Assembly: GCA_036172245.1 (NCBI GenBank)
Contig: JAYWIR010000016.1
Coordinates: 2,356,001 to 2,420,000, forward strand
Origin: Raillietiella orientalis
Taxonomy: Eukaryota
Direction: 5' to 3'
DNA length: 64,000 nt
Part shown: positions 11,501 to 25,461 of the stretch, piece by piece
How positions within the stretch are numbered: the first letter of the stretch is position 1
How the letters are laid out: each line of letters begins with the position of its first letter
Translations under genes and position numbers: made by a program
The notes under the pieces: generated by a model
Database searches by the model: none
What the model was told of the DNA's origin: nothing
Seen by the model: the letters and a program-made list of their open reading frames with translations, nothing else

Positions 11501-12867
11501 AATACTTCACACTATTTACATCTTTACATAGGCAAAAGAAAAAAAGTGAAAACTAACGATCGATTCTTTGAAAGATATTTTGATTATATCGCTGACTTTT
11601 AGCATAGTCCTTTTTTTTTTTTAGCATTCTATGCATAATATTAATTTTTTGTCTCCCAATGATGCAGTCGGAAACCAGCTTGAAGAAGCAACCATCATCC
11701 AACTTGTCACAAGTGTCATCGTCGATCACGAAGCCATGACGAAAAATGGAATCAGTAAAATGGCGAGGTTTTCTCGCCTTCATCCACCATCTCCGTGTGA
11801 TCATGTCCGACGGCACGAGAAGATTCAGCATCCAGGACGGTCGTGGATCCCGACCCGGAATCCCGACGATCACTCCTTTCCCTTCCTTTGTTGCGGTACT
11901 TTGCTTCCCCGAGCAGCGGGGCTCGTCCCTCCCTGCAACACTGGCCGCAAGTGTATCAGTTTTTCTTCTTCTTATTATTATTATTCTCCTTCCGGTGTGT
12001 TTGGTTCCACTGATTGCTTTTTGTGAGACACCATCAGCAACCCACGGCAAAACAGCACACGCACGCACGCACGCACACAGAACGAAGTGTGGCTGACACA
12101 GAGGGATTGTTTGACGTTGGAAAAAAAGCACCCGCCGTGTTTCGCAGTGGCCGTTCGTTCGATGAGCTGCCACAAAATTTTAAAATTTCATGCATGCTCG
12201 TTGGGAAGTAAATTTTTTGGTTTTGCATGTGTGTGTGTGTGCGATGCTCGACAGGGGTAAGAATGTACAAGCTGGGATGCAAAATGTATGTGACCCCCAA
12301 AATTTGTAGCCGCCCTTGTTTATCATGATTTGAATCGTTATCCATAAAAATGGTATGAAAACAAGGTAAACCAGTTCTGTGTGCTGGAAACCCGAATTGC
12401 CAACAAACCATATGTGGACGAATGTTAAAAACTGCTTCACTATGTGAAAAATGTAACACACCAAGCGCTCCGTTCCAGTTTCTGCTTGCTCCACATAGTC
12501 CACATGAATGGCCATCGCTTTTTGTTTTTGCAGAAATACTGCAGTGTATGACTTGTGACGAGATTTTTAGAGTACATCATTAATTTCAAAACTATGACCT
12601 GATAGTTTTAATTTCGTGTAATGTCCGTTTCCCAAGGCATCTGATTATTAGCAGCTGTCAGAGGTTTGAGGTGTATCAGGTTCCGAATGTTTTACGCTGT
12701 CATGTGTGTCAGTTTCTTCATTCAATGAATTGGATTTGCAAATTATGTTTAGCACATTTATGTTGTAGGCAAAAGGAAAGCATACAACACATTTGCCAAA
12801 TAGAAAATTCGAAAAGTCTAGTTATGAGGAAAAAGATTACAAAAAAAATCTGGAAAAGAAAAAAGAA

Positions 12868-15299
12868 ATGGACAGTATTATTTCTGACAAGCAGAAAGGT
12901 TTTGTTTCTCTGAAAGATAAGGAGAGCAGGAGTGAATCCTCATATTCCCAGAATAATCTTTTGGCTTCACTAATACAACTGGATTTAAACAAAAGCTTCC
13001 CTACTTTGAAAGCATGTAAAATCATTTTAAATCCTTTTTATCATGTGCATTTAGCCACTTTTGTAATTTTTTTTTTTTTTTTTTTTTTACTTCAATTCAT
13101 CATGCTTTTGGAATATCAAGCTTTACTGTTTGAGTATTTATGGAAAAAAAGAAATTTGTTTATTCTTTTTATGTGATCTATATTTCCAAAAACATGTATC
13201 ACTTAAATTGAGGAAACTTCATTTATGTAGAACGTTAATTTATTCTGATTGTGAGTTGAACTATGAAAAGATTTTGTTAAAGCATAGTTTCCATGTCATT
13301 AGACTGTAATGTGTAGCATGAACTTTGTTGAGTTTACTATTCATTCTATAAAAGTAATTTTTGCTTCATCATTGTTGGCACATGTTTTATTATTTGTGTT
13401 TTTTGCATTAAATTTTATTTTATTATTATATGTGTTAACCTTTTTTAGTAGAAAAAAAAGAAAACTTCGACATTGGAGTTGATACTATTGATTCTTTACA
13501 ATTAGAATTGGAAACATTGCTTGCAGCATTAGTACAAAGACAGCACATTTTAACTTTAAAAATAAAAGCTCTTCATGATTCAGAAGACAAATGTGAAGAA
13601 ACAGCTCCTGAGTTTTCTGTAAGTAATGTTACATAATTGTATCTTTTATCTTGATACTAATACCGATAGGAATCTTGATACTGTAAACATCAAGATTACT
13701 ATAATTTATTCTTTCCAAGTGCTAAACTGCCCATGATTGGAATTTATCTTGATTTCAATTGGGTGTGTTTTTACTTAGGAAGCTTGGCAAAGTTTATCAT
13801 TTATAACAATTTTGTAATGCATTCAGTATAATGATAGCAAAATTAAGTGTCAACTGTGTGATTGGTTTGTTTATGATTCTAATTGTGTATGTCTTCTGTT
13901 TTTAGGCATCTTGCCAGCAAGCTAAGCGGTACAAAGTGGGTGATGGTAGACCTTTCAAAAAAGTTAAGGATCTCATGGGCAAGCATCAATCTGATATCTA
14001 TGCTGTCTCACCTATTAGAAATTCAAAGCAGAAGTCTTCAGTAAGTCAAATGTATATTTAATATTCATTTGAAACATAATTGTTGGTATCTTATTCATTT
14101 GAAAGACGTTACAGCAACATATGATAGAAATGAATAATTAGTAGTAAACTGAAGTTAATTTGCAATGTTGTATATAGTTGTTGCAGAATGAAAATCAAAT
14201 GCTCCTCTCCCCATCCAAGGCAGTGCATTCCTCTCCAGTAACCCTGATATCCAAAAACGATAATCCCGAGAAATTTTGGAAATATGTTAATACATTTACT
14301 CGATGTGTCAATAAAAATGATCTGCAGGTCTGGGAGATACATGGAGAGACATTTTTTATTATAGTTGAGATAGTTTCTAGAAAGTCTAATCCATGCACAC
14401 GAAAATGATCCCTTATATTACAAAATCCCTTCTCTTGGAATCCACTATAGCATGAGATGGATGGAGGAGGTCACATCTCCATTGGATGAATGTAAAACAA
14501 ACAGTGCTTTAAATAATGAAGAGAACTTTGCAAATAATAACAAAGCATCTCACACGAGGTAAAAAATAAAAAAAAAAAACTTTGGTATGAATCGTAAGTA
14601 CTAAGCAGTTATAGTGAAGGTGTATCTCCGTATGGCCCTTTAACTCAAAGGTTGATGTCTTGCTTGCTTACCAAAGATGATGCTCAGATGAGTGAGAGTC
14701 ATGATGCTGGTGCTGCTGGTATATTACTTCTTAGAGAGATAGAGATCGTTATTTATGTATTCTGTAGATAATTTAAACCAATTAATTATTAAAGAGCTCG
14801 ATGTTGGTGATGCATTGCATTTAGAAAAGAATGTCATACAGGAACTTAAAGACAATGGGATTCTGGATGATGATAGTCAGGAACAAGAGGCAAGTGTTTT
14901 TTAATAAAATAAATCTATTGTTTGTCCTAGAATGATGAGATTCTTATGGAATTGCAGCGTTGCCAAAAAGAACTTTATATTCTAGCTCATCATAACTTGG
15001 AATATGAGCAGAACTTGTATCAGGCATGTGTGAAACAGATGCAGAGACAAGAACTAATTTCAAAGCTGAAACAGTGTGATGAAGAGGTAACACAATTAAA
15101 ACGGTTGTTCGATTTTGAATAAATTTGCTAGATTATGGATCTTCACAAAAAATTCTCTCTCAATCGACAGAAAAAGAAGAGCCCTCTTAAAAAAGAAAAA
15201 GAACAGATTTGGAAAATGTTGAAAGAAAGAGAGTTGATTCTGTACCAGTTAGAAGCATCAGAAGCGAATGGGCATAATGTGCAAAAACCAGTATCGTAG
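12868..15299 (+). CDS. TADA3: Transcriptional adapter 3 (SAGA/ATAC HAT-module subunit), 9 coding exons, ~444 aa; start uncertain
   Basis: Exons 12769/12868-13015, 13449-13618, 13906-14040, 14187-14327, 14374-14558, 14609 (or 14615)-14718, 14768-14889, 14931-15086, 15132-15299 splice in frame to TAG. Peptides IGVDTIDSLQLELETLL, KNDNPEKFW, YKIPSLGIHYSMRW, PYGPLTQRLM, DEILMELQRCQKEL and KKEKEQIWKMLKERE match ADA3 blocks in the expected order. Confidence 0.93.
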
Positions 15300-16689
15300 A
15301 TTATCGCATGCTTTGCATTCCAACAGCGAATGTACAAATTTGAAATTCTTGTACTTTCAATACATCATCATCATTTGCCTTACCTCAAAGATATCTCATT
15401 CTCCTGTTTTCCAAACAGATTATGGGTTTGTGCTATAATGGAAAAGTAAGGCATTTTTTGAACATTTTGATAAGCCATGGGAATATAAAAGTTTCTCCTC
15501 GATGTTGGCAATCCTACATATTTACAAAAATCCTATGAAAAATGGTCAAATACAAAGAAGGCACAAGGAAGGATGTGAATAGTCTTTTAAAGATGTTTCC
15601 CAGAACAAATTCAAGACAGCTTGCATCTCTTGGTTGTACATTTTTGTCAAAAGAGAAGTCCTCAAAAGCCAAAAATTTTATAGCCTTTTTTGCAATGCTG
15701 CATGGTGTGGAGGTGGTCACTTAAGTAGTGAAGTAGAATACTTCTCAATGATGCCCAAAGCAGGTACTGAAATACAGGAAAAAGGTAAATTGGAGAAAAA
15801 CGGAAGTTTTCTTTGTAATTTAGGTATTCAGTTGTTAATGAAAATAAATTATGTAATAAATGTTTAGTAGTAATTGCTTATTTTAAGAATACGTAAACAT
15901 GTGGGTAGAAACATTTGGGGCCATTTCTAATGCATCTTAAATTTGTGGCCTTTTCAAGTTCCGGGTTTTTTTTTTTTTTTTTCTTTGCATTTGGTTTATC
16001 TAGTTTTTTTTGTGAGGGTTTTGAATACAACGTTGTTTCTAGGTACTACTGTTGGTAATGATTTCCAAATGTGTGGACCTATCACCAAACTGCTAAAATT
16101 ATCATGTATGAGTGTTATCATTAAATCCTGTTTTTTTTTTTTTCCTTATTCAAATCATTGCTAGATTGTAACAAATCTTTTCATCCATTTTCACTTATGT
16201 TTTTGACGTTCCCATTCGTCTCTTGAACAGACAAAGCAGTCAAGTTTCCTGCAACGTCGTGTGAGCTTGTGTACGTGTCTGTCAGGGTAGATAATTCCTT
16301 CTTATCCGGCGATGATGCTGTGGAACTTTCCATCGTGCGGCATTTTCTCGTTGCTCAAATTTTCTTAACAACCACGCTGTGGAAGTGTCGATATTCCCAG
16401 GAGAAAAGGGGAAAATGTGGCTCCCTGCGTTTCCGCGTAGACTGCGGAAAGGGGGCTGCCTCGAAACTTCACCTCCCCAACCGATTTCCTTGAAATTAAT
16501 AAGAGTGTCGGGAAGGTACAGAGAATGGGGGAATTATTATTTTAACGGGCTGGGTATTTATAGAAAAGGAAATGGCAATTCTATCTACAAGTTGACAGCT
16601 CTTGCATTAGGTCGAACATTCACAAAGTTTCAATGGGCTTGATGGTTGCAAGCTGACCATATGGACTCCAGACTCGAAGTGATCACGTG

Positions 16690-16852
16690 ATTGGAATTCG
16701 GGGTTCTCTTCAGGGAAGGAAATCAGGAGCGACTCCCTTGGGGAGCCTTTCCGGATTCCCTTCGGAGAAGAAACAATGGAGCGGACTCCTCCAGGAGTCC
16801 CTCCTGGATTCATAGGGTGGCTCCGTCCCGAGGCACCCCCTATCCTGAAGAC
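16690..16852 (+). mobile_element. Internal fragment of the SINE-like family
   Basis: GGATTCATAGGGTG...CCGAGGCACCCCCTATCCTGAAG aligns with the reverse complement of 18331-18390. Confidence 0.7.
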
Positions 16853-18159
16853 GAAAGAATCTCAGTGAGAAAAGACTCTCATAGGTGCCCACGAAGAGGC
16901 CATTTTCGGCGTCTTGCCTCCCATAATGGAATGGGCTCGTTTTCCAGCGTGTCGGGTCCAGTTTGATAATTGTGCAATCGAACGCCATCGCATCCCGGTG
17001 AATGAGCTCTCCCTCTTTCCTTGGAGGCAGGGCGAAGGGAGCTGGGAGAGAAGGGGTAGGAGACGCCGCAGAGGAGGGAGCAGCCGGGACAAAGCCTTAG
17101 CTGGAAGAGCTTAGGGAACGAGGCGGGAGGCAGGTCGATAATCTCCCTGGGAAAGATCCGGGAGTCGCGGTCGTCGCGGCAATGAAGGGCTGGTTAGGGA
17201 TCCCGCAGAGCACTGCATCCCGCGCCCCCTCTAGTTCCGAAGGCCACCACAATTCTTGCCCAGGACAGTAACGCGTGCGGCAGCTGAGCTCCTCTCGCAG
17301 TCAAGGTCGCTCGTGGACGCACCCCTCTGAGTGCCTGCTGCTTCATCGAAGCGTGGTTGGGTGAAGATGGGGTACACCACCTTGAAGGAGAAGTGGGGGA
17401 GGGGAGTTACCGCTGCTTGGCAGCCGCGAGCGCGGGCGATCTCGAGAGGAAATTCCGGAGACCCCGTTCTTCTTTTCCTCCTTCCTCTCCTCTGGCCTGC
17501 TTCATCTGCTCTTTTTTGGGATCCACAGAGCTTCTGCAGCCCGCCAAGTCGACCGGGAAGAACATGAGAGGAATGCGGGAGAGGGGTGGAGGAACGTGGG
17601 GCTACGGGAAAGCAAAAGCGATGCGGCTGCCCTTCCCCATCCCGAACTCCTCGTTCCCGAGCGTGCTCTCGCTCTTCTGATGAAGCGGTGCAGCATCCGC
17701 TCTGAAGTGGGGTCCGGGAAGAAAGCGGTAGCCGTGAAGGGAAGTTCTGGTGAACGGGGGAAGACGGAGAACGGCGACGCTGGCAGCCTCGAGGACACCC
17801 ATCCTGCGGGACGCGTTGTACAAGGAGGAGGCGCGAGCGACCCACTCCAGTAAGGCACGTGACATCGCGGCAGCGTCCCCCAACAAGTCTAGGGCATCAG
17901 CTGAGATCCGGAGCCCCTTCGCCCCACTCCCCCCATTTTCTTAAGGGGGTAGGGTCCAAGGGCCTGTGAGGAGAGATCGACAGACGACAACGGCGCTGAT
18001 CGCTGCCCCCGACGCATTGAGCTGAGGCGTCTTGGACAGCAGCACGGAGCTCCGGGCTGGCTTAAAAGACGGAGCTTCTGAGTGGGCGACAGACTGCTGA
18101 GGACTGACTGCAGAGCTCCTGAAGCACCCAGGAATCGTCCGGAGATCGTTACTAGGATG

Positions 18160-18997
18160 ATGGGCATCCTTTGGGGTTCCCTTGTCCTCGCTATTTTCCT
18201 TCCAGCTTTTTTTTTTCTTTTTCGGGTTTTCTTTTCTTTGGTTCGCCGAGTACCTCAAGAACCATCGCACGCGTGGCGTCCCGCGCAGCTTTTTGACACT
18301 GTAACACACCATCCGGGAGTGCGTGTAATTCTTCAAGATAGGGGGTACCTCGGAGAAGGGGGCACCCTATGATTCCGGGAAGGACTCCGTAGAAGGGAGT
18401 CCGTTCTTATTAAAGCATGGGGAGCGATCCCTGAAATGGAGATCACCTCCGCCCTGGTTGTCTTCGAATGGGAACCCGAGGGGAATCTCTTCCGGAGGGA
18501 CCCCCGAAGAGGACCGCTCCATTATTTCTTCTCCGAAGGAACCCGAAAAGGGTTCGCTATTAGGAGTTTCTTCTCCGAAGGGAACCTGCGAATTCCCTGT
18601 TTCCTCTGAGGAGAATCCCGTAGAGACGCTTCCAAATTTTCTCTGTAGGGTGCTTTCCGAAGTCATCAATCCACCAACTCCATGTTAATCTATGAAGGGT
18701 CCCCTCGCTCGAGGGGGACGAGGACTCCATTTTCACAACTGGAGGAGAGACCCGAAGGGAACCGGGCTCTTTGATTCCTAGAAGAGGAGGGTGAACTTCC
18801 AATCCTGGCCAGTCAACAACCAGTCAACTTCCATCGTTGCTGCGCCCGAAGCTCGTGGGCCAGCTAGTGTCATCCTGAGGGGGGAAGGGACTCAATACCC
18901 ACGACGCACCCTCGATCCTTCCCCGGGTAGGATTTGAACTTGCGACGCTTGACGCCACGCGCAGAGACCTCAGCCACAGGGTCTTCGACACGGGCCA
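18160..18997 (-). mobile_element. Near full-length tRNA-derived SINE-like element
   Basis: Minus strand: GACC-CTGTGGCTGA-GGTC D-arm, AAGTTCAAATCC degenerate B box, GGATGACACTAGCTGGCC block, GAAGGGAAC-type internal repeats, A-rich tail. Confidence 0.8.
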
Positions 18998-18999
18998 TG

Positions 19000-21900
19000 T
19001 GGCTCGTCTTGGGTCTTCCCCCCAAACAAGAATCCTCAGCCTTTTCTCCCTGCAGCCTGAACCAAGAATGGGGGTGGAACAGGTATCCCGGATGTTGAAG
19101 GCAGCTGAGACGGAAACAGCGACCCGGCAGAGCATTCCACACTTTGGAAAGCAATGTGACGCGGACTCCCGGAAGTGTGGTACGTTAGTCGCCTGAAGTG
19201 AGGGGATCCCTTCCTTCGGGAAGGAGACAGATCCTTGCTGATCGAAAAGAATCAGGCACGTAGCCTGCGCGCACCCATCAGTGGTAGTTCCACCATGAGG
19301 TGCCGTCGTCACCCAGCAGGCGTCCACCCCGATCGGGCGCATTCCGCTCTTCGGGCCATTCTCGGGAACGGCTATGCCCATCGCGGCTCGCCAAGGGCGG
19401 CTGGGGGCCTTCGGAAAGCCAACAGCAGCCAACACCCGAGGTGCTGCACAGCGCGGGCTTTGCTCAGGCCGCATCGGCATACCGCTCGGAGCAACCGTTG
19501 CAGACGGCAGAGAGAACAGTGACGGCACGCGTCCAGGCGCGTTCCTGACCTCCCGGATCTTGCGCATCTGCTGACCCCTAGTGCCAAGATTTCCTCCGGC
19601 CCAGCGGTACGTTTGCATCCGGATATGAGGGGCCTGCACACACATCCGAGTGCCCTCTCCTTGTGTGCGTGATGCCAACTGAAAGTTTGCCTTTTGGAGA
19701 AGCCCGGATGAGAACACCACTTGCGAAAAGAGTAGCGGAATCTTCAAGAATGCCTCTGTCTTCCATTCCGGAGTGGGCAGCTGAAACCGGTCCAGGAGAG
19801 CTCAAAGAGGTCAATCTTTTAGCAGCCGGTGCGAGAGGGTCACTCTCCCGAATCTGGTTCTATCTCGGCTCTGGGGCGGACTGAGAGGTCCGGCTGCATC
19901 GGAGGTCGTCGTGTGAGCACGCACGAGTGCCTCAGTGTCTCTGAAACTCGCGCCAAGAGTTTGGAAGGCGTGCACCTCCGCAAACACCTCACTTGCCTTT
20001 ACACGGCTGACCCTAGTGCCGCGTGTGGTCCAATGACAGGTGAATGCCTCTTCGAGCGCGACTCGATCTCGCCTAAAGCTTCCCTTGCAGCCTTCGTGGG
20101 ATTGTGGTGGAAAGAAGTCGCGCCGAAAGAGGCCAGTAGAATGATGAGGTCATCGCAATTGTCTGCTCCTTCATGAGGAAGGCAGCCAGATGGCCACATC
20201 TCTGCCAACAAAAGGAGCAAGCTGCACAGATCCTCCAGAGGATACTGAGGACGCCAGGAAGAAATATGTGATCCCTTCCTTTCCACTCCCCCAAACAGTT
20301 TTGGACTGAACTAGTGTGTGTGTGTTTTTGTTCACCCCTTTCCCCACTCCTGTGCGGATCTGCTTCTCGTGAACAGCTGTTCACGAGAGCAGTGTCTCCG
20401 AGGCGTTCCCCTTCGTGGTGGTGACGTGAAGCCACTACGAAGGAAGACATTTTTTTAATCTTGTACATGGTTGTTTTTTTCGTAAATATTTTTTTTTACA
20501 ATAAACAAAGGCTTGACTGGGTGAAAAACAACAGGTGAATGTTGAAAACCCAAACCAGATAAAGAGCTCTAAGAAATGACGGACAGCCATCGCGGAGCAC
20601 ATTCAAGAGAGCCCGGACTTGCCGAACGTTCTGTTTCACTCGGCACTCCTGAATGACGCTCGTGACCACGAAGTCAGACCTCACGTGTTTACGGAAAGAT
20701 GGTGGAAGTGAGGGAAGGAAGCCTCTCCTCCCATCCTTGTTGTGCGTCTCCAATTTTTTTTTCCAGGAAGGGGCACACGCGACCTCAGCTCCCGCCTCGC
20801 CTCATCAGAGACGGAACAGGAGATGCTCGTCGAGATGCGACCTCGCATGTGGGGAGCCGCATCTCCGTGGGCGGCGGTGGCGTGCTTGCTGCGGCGCCTC
20901 CATTCCCGATGGCCACCGTTTCGGAAACGGGACTGTCTGGCTGCCTGCAGGAGAGCAGGATCTGCTATCAAGTCTCCTCTGTGTCATCATCAGTTCAGGC
21001 TGCTGCTGTTTCCAGTGACTGCTCCTCCCAGGGAACGAAGACCCTCTATCCCTTGCATTATTCCTGCGAATCACGAGGGGGATTAGACTCCTTGGAAGGG
21101 GATGCTGAGGGCTGAAGTTGTGATTTCGGAAGGATCCCCCTGTGGTCACGGATCGTTATCTGCCTCCTTGTTGGAGGAGTCCCCGGCGTTCGAGGCACCA
21201 GCTTCTTCCCAAGTTACATTGCGGCCCACAGCCCTGGGATTGGGGCGCCCCTTCTTCCTTTTGTGAATCGTACAAGTTGCCGGCCGCTGCGGACGACGCA
21301 TCGGTCCCTTTCTGAGATCTTCTTGTGCTCTCTGAGATGGTGCCTGGGATCGCGATCTCAGGCACCACCTTAGACAGCATGTGCACTCGTGTGCGGTTGA
21401 AAACTTCCGCCTTCCCGTCGCGAGTTTTCGTTTTCGGTTGAAGACACCCTCGGAGCCCGTCCAGCAGCCAGCACGGACGAGGAGTTCCTTGAGGATGCTG
21501 ACTGAATTGCGCTCGTCGCGTTATGCTGCAGTCTCCTTCCGATCGGCGTTACCTGGGCTCACGCTGTGAATGGCGGTGCACGTGTTTCAACCTTCGCGGG
21601 GTTCGGAGCAATGGTTCTGGACACTTCAGTTGTTTTCAGCATCTTTTCTCCTTCCGGTCTGCATCTATCCAGCGTAGCCGATAGCGCCGGAGTTTTTCGA
21701 GGCTGCGATGCAGCGTCTCCTGCGAAAGCAGACTGCCCGGGAACCGGCGGGACGGGGCCGCAGGGCATCCCCTGCCTCTATCGGTACTTTGACAACGGCA
21801 TTCCTCTTCTGGGAAGGTTCCTCCGCGTGCACTTCTCTTTCAACAGCCCTTCAACAAGCCCAAAGGCTAGTCGAGGAGCTGCTTTTACTTGATTGCCTTT
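19000..21900 (-). mobile_element. Cluster of decayed non-LTR fragments (RLE-like C-termini and a zinc-knuckle ORF1 piece)
   Basis: KSGMRPIGV (~19330) and HVRSDFVVT (~20670) resemble the RPD motif; CSFCWQRCGHLAAF (~20200) is a knuckle remnant. GC-rich with many stops and frameshifts. Confidence 0.45.
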
Positions 21901-22428
21901 GCTTTATGAGAGCACTATAAGTTTCGTTTCCAGTGGAAAGCCATCTATTAGGCTGTAAGTTACAGTCTAACATGGAGATAAAAACATTTGGTATCTGACG
22001 CGCAACCTTTCAAAAATACAACAAAATTTCATGCAAACTGCGAGATTTCCTCCTTCACTAGTTCATGGAGAATGTTTCATTTTACAAAATTCCAAAAGTT
22101 CGTGATTCACTTAATTTTACTTATACACTTCCATCTTAGAAGCTTCCATTATTACCGTACGCAAGGGGCCGAAGCCCAGCCGTATTGAATCTCCTGCCAC
22201 TTGTCGATGAATAAGCAATATTCAGGCCCTTGCATTATTTTTGCATCAATTTTCAATACGAGAATCGTAAGGGTTTTTATCAGGTTTCTTATCGGATAGT
22301 TCGCCTTTCATATATTTTGTACGTTTTTGTACATCACAATGTCCGACTTGAATGAATAAAACTGATCCTACATATGTATAGAATTTGAATTCCATACTGT
22401 GCAGCGAATCTAATTTCAAGTGTTGAAG

Positions 22429-22461
<33 letters not shown>

Positions 22462-23313
22462 CATTCAAATAATTAGTACGATTGTTCCTTTCTACATCAG
22501 AATCTCTGAGGCTGCGATGTCTCTGAAAATTACAGCTTTTAGGATACAAGCTGTTTTCACAATTCCAATTTAAACACTAATTATCTCGTCTTTCAATGTG
22601 ACTACGTGAAGTTCCCAACCCTGAGGTGCAAATCTATAAATTGCTCAATTTGCAAATCAAAAATTGCCTAAAGAGCATTTGCGAAATGTAGTCAAAAACT
22701 CTTAAGGCACAAAGAATACAATGTTGAAAAAAATGTCACACAGAAAATACATGAAAACTCTTATTATTCCTCATTAGCTGATATAGCATGCTGTTCAAAA
22801 CAGCAATTTCTGAATCTATTGAATGAAACAAAACAAAATTTGCCACAGATAGCCCCACTATTTTTTTGCAAAATGTAACAGAGGCTTCAGAGTTGAGGAT
22901 TATTAATCTTCACTTTCATAATTCCCAATGAGCTTTTGTAAAAGCTTCCTTAATTATAACTTGAAAATATTCATGGAGAATGACATGTTCTCATGAATGA
23001 ATTCACTAAATTAAATAGAAAATTGATTAAATCCAGAAGTCAATATGGAATCTGGAAGACAGAAAATTAGAATAAATTAGCTTACAAGAAATCAGTAGCC
23101 ATGTTGAGTGCATGCATTCACAAACATAGATATGACAAAAAAAAACGTTTGGCTTTCTTAAATGTACAAATAGAATTTAGTTTAGAATACAAAATTTTTC
23201 AACTCGATAGTTTCTCACATTTATGATATTGCCACTTTTTCTTTCATCGCAACTCTTAATTGGTACTTAGAAATTCTTGAGCAGCAAGTGAACCAAAAAA
23301 ACCATTAGGCACC

Positions 23314-25461
23314 TCATGATTCTGGTGGATCTCCTAAAAACTGCAATGTCTTCAGGGTTTCCAGAACAGAACGAATAAGTGTCCTAATTTTATGTGCATC
23401 ACTTGTTAAGGCATTAGCTCGTTTAGTTAGCAAATCCATTTTCTTTTGTGCAAATTCTATAGCTTCCTTGCCATTCATTTGAAGATAAAAACCAAGGCCA
23501 ACTTTTACAAAAACTTGATCTAAATCTTGACTAGAAAAAAAAAAAAAAAGCAATCAATCAGTTACTTATTTTTCCTGAAATTCAACATTCTCATAATTAG
23601 CAAATAACTAAACAAAAACAATGCTTTATTACATTTCAAACAAAGGATTTGTGAACTCATTCTTAAATATGAAACTGTTATCAAAACAACTCATGTGAAA
23701 TAACACAAAGACGTGAAATATGCCCTTAGTATTGTATGAATGTATGTTTTGGAAATGTATCACTGTCACATAGACTGAGTTTTCCTCTCATACATTGACA
23801 TATGGTATTTCAATTGACTGCAAGTGAGATTTCTCTCTTTTTTAGGATTTCCTTGCCTACTAAACCATATTAATACTTCAAATTTTTGAAATCAAACTCC
23901 TTTAGCATCCACACATCATTCATTATTCAAATTCTCCAATATAGATCTCTAACAATGCCTTTTCCATTATGCTATTTTAAAAGATTGTATTGTTCCTTGC
24001 AATGATGTACATTTGTTGACACCATCATTCATAACTATTATGAAGTTTCTTCATTACATTATTCATTGATAAGTGAAGGTCAGGAAATACCCAGTTTTGC
24101 TTTCAAAATTCTTTATAGATCACATATCAACACCAACATGTGAACCTTAATTTGCAAAAATCATTGTTTTTCTATGCTGATTACTTGAATAGTATTAAAT
24201 GAGAGACCAATTAAAGGTACATTTATTTAATATCCTTTCTTTCTTAATATTTTAGTCAGCATAACTTATGATATGATAGTGTGGAGAATAAAGGGCCCAA
24301 AAGGAAGAAAAAGATTATGAATACAGCTAATCATGGATAAAGAAATGTTCACCAAAATAGATAAGTACACCACACTTTCAAGATCACTCCAGACTTTTAA
24401 TTTTAAATAAATAAATAGATGAAGAAACGAATGCTTTATTTAAAACCTCAATCTACAATGTAAGTTATAGATAACTTGCACAATAAGTTTTTTTTATCAA
24501 TTCACAAATTTTTTTCAATTGTAATTCATCCTAAATATTAATTCTAAAATTTCTACCAACCTGGTCACAGATAAGGGAAAGAAGAAAAAAAAACCTTACA
24601 AACTCCCATCGTCCTCACTTCATTCATCATGTGATTCATTCATAATCCTGTCTTGTAACCCTCTGATCATGCATAGCAACTTTACCCTTAGGTATTCCTC
24701 TCTAAACATCATTCAGATAGCTGTTGAAAATGACTATTTTGATGTTTAAAGCTAAAGACGTGTCGAATTCAGTAAATCATTAGATTCCATCCATTCCTCA
24801 TCAGAAAGCTTTTTTTTTTTGCATATAATATACTCTCCCACAGTTAAATGAACAACTACCAATAATTACATTAATGCTACACACAGGCTTGTTTTCTTGC
24901 AACCTCCAATTACATTCTGTTCCTAAAATTGGTTTGCAAGTTTTTCATTTAAAACAAAATATTAAAAGAGAATGGCTACACACAAAGGATAGGTATGCTT
25001 AAGTTAAATTTCAATTTCATAATTAAAGCCCTCATCAGTTGAGTACCAACCAAATCTTTTTCATGATAATTACATTTTGCAATTCACATAAAAGTTGCAA
25101 CCAAGATCGGCTTTGGAAGAGATTGGTGTACCAAGGTCCATATCAACGATGTTTGTTAGCATTTTTTGCAATCCTAAGTATTCACTGATTAATTCAAACA
25201 CTGCATCTCGTTCTGTCAAAACCATCCTAAAATCATCACAATTATTGATAATACAAGATTAAAGGTATTTTCTATAAGATATTAAAGAATTCTATTACAA
25301 TATGCCAACATTAACAAGAAACTGCACTTTGATTGTGAACACAATGAAATAATCATTCCATACAATCATGATGCTTACTTCAAATGTTCTTTCAAGACAT
25401 CGTTTACAAAGTGTTCATATCGGGCTATTTTGCTTCCCGATGGGTCACTTATCAAATCCAT
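23314..25461 (-). CDS. UXT: UXT, prefoldin alpha-like chaperone, 3 exons, 150 aa
   Basis: Exons 25461-25379, 25226-25074 and 23530-23314 with GT-AG introns. Protein KIARYEHFVNDVLKEHLK...ERDAVFELISEYLGLQ...ADLGCNFYV...VFVKVGLGFYLQM...EAIEF is the typical UXT pattern. Confidence 0.95.

Noticed and set aside
11553..12173. 206-aa minus-strand ORF and overlapping ORFs upstream of TADA3
   Set aside because: They cross simple repeats such as (GCAC)n and (TAT)n and show no recognisable domain or exon structure.
18824..19747. 307-aa ORF as a host gene
   Set aside because: Chance read-through across a decayed TE fragment and a SINE head, with no coherent domain.
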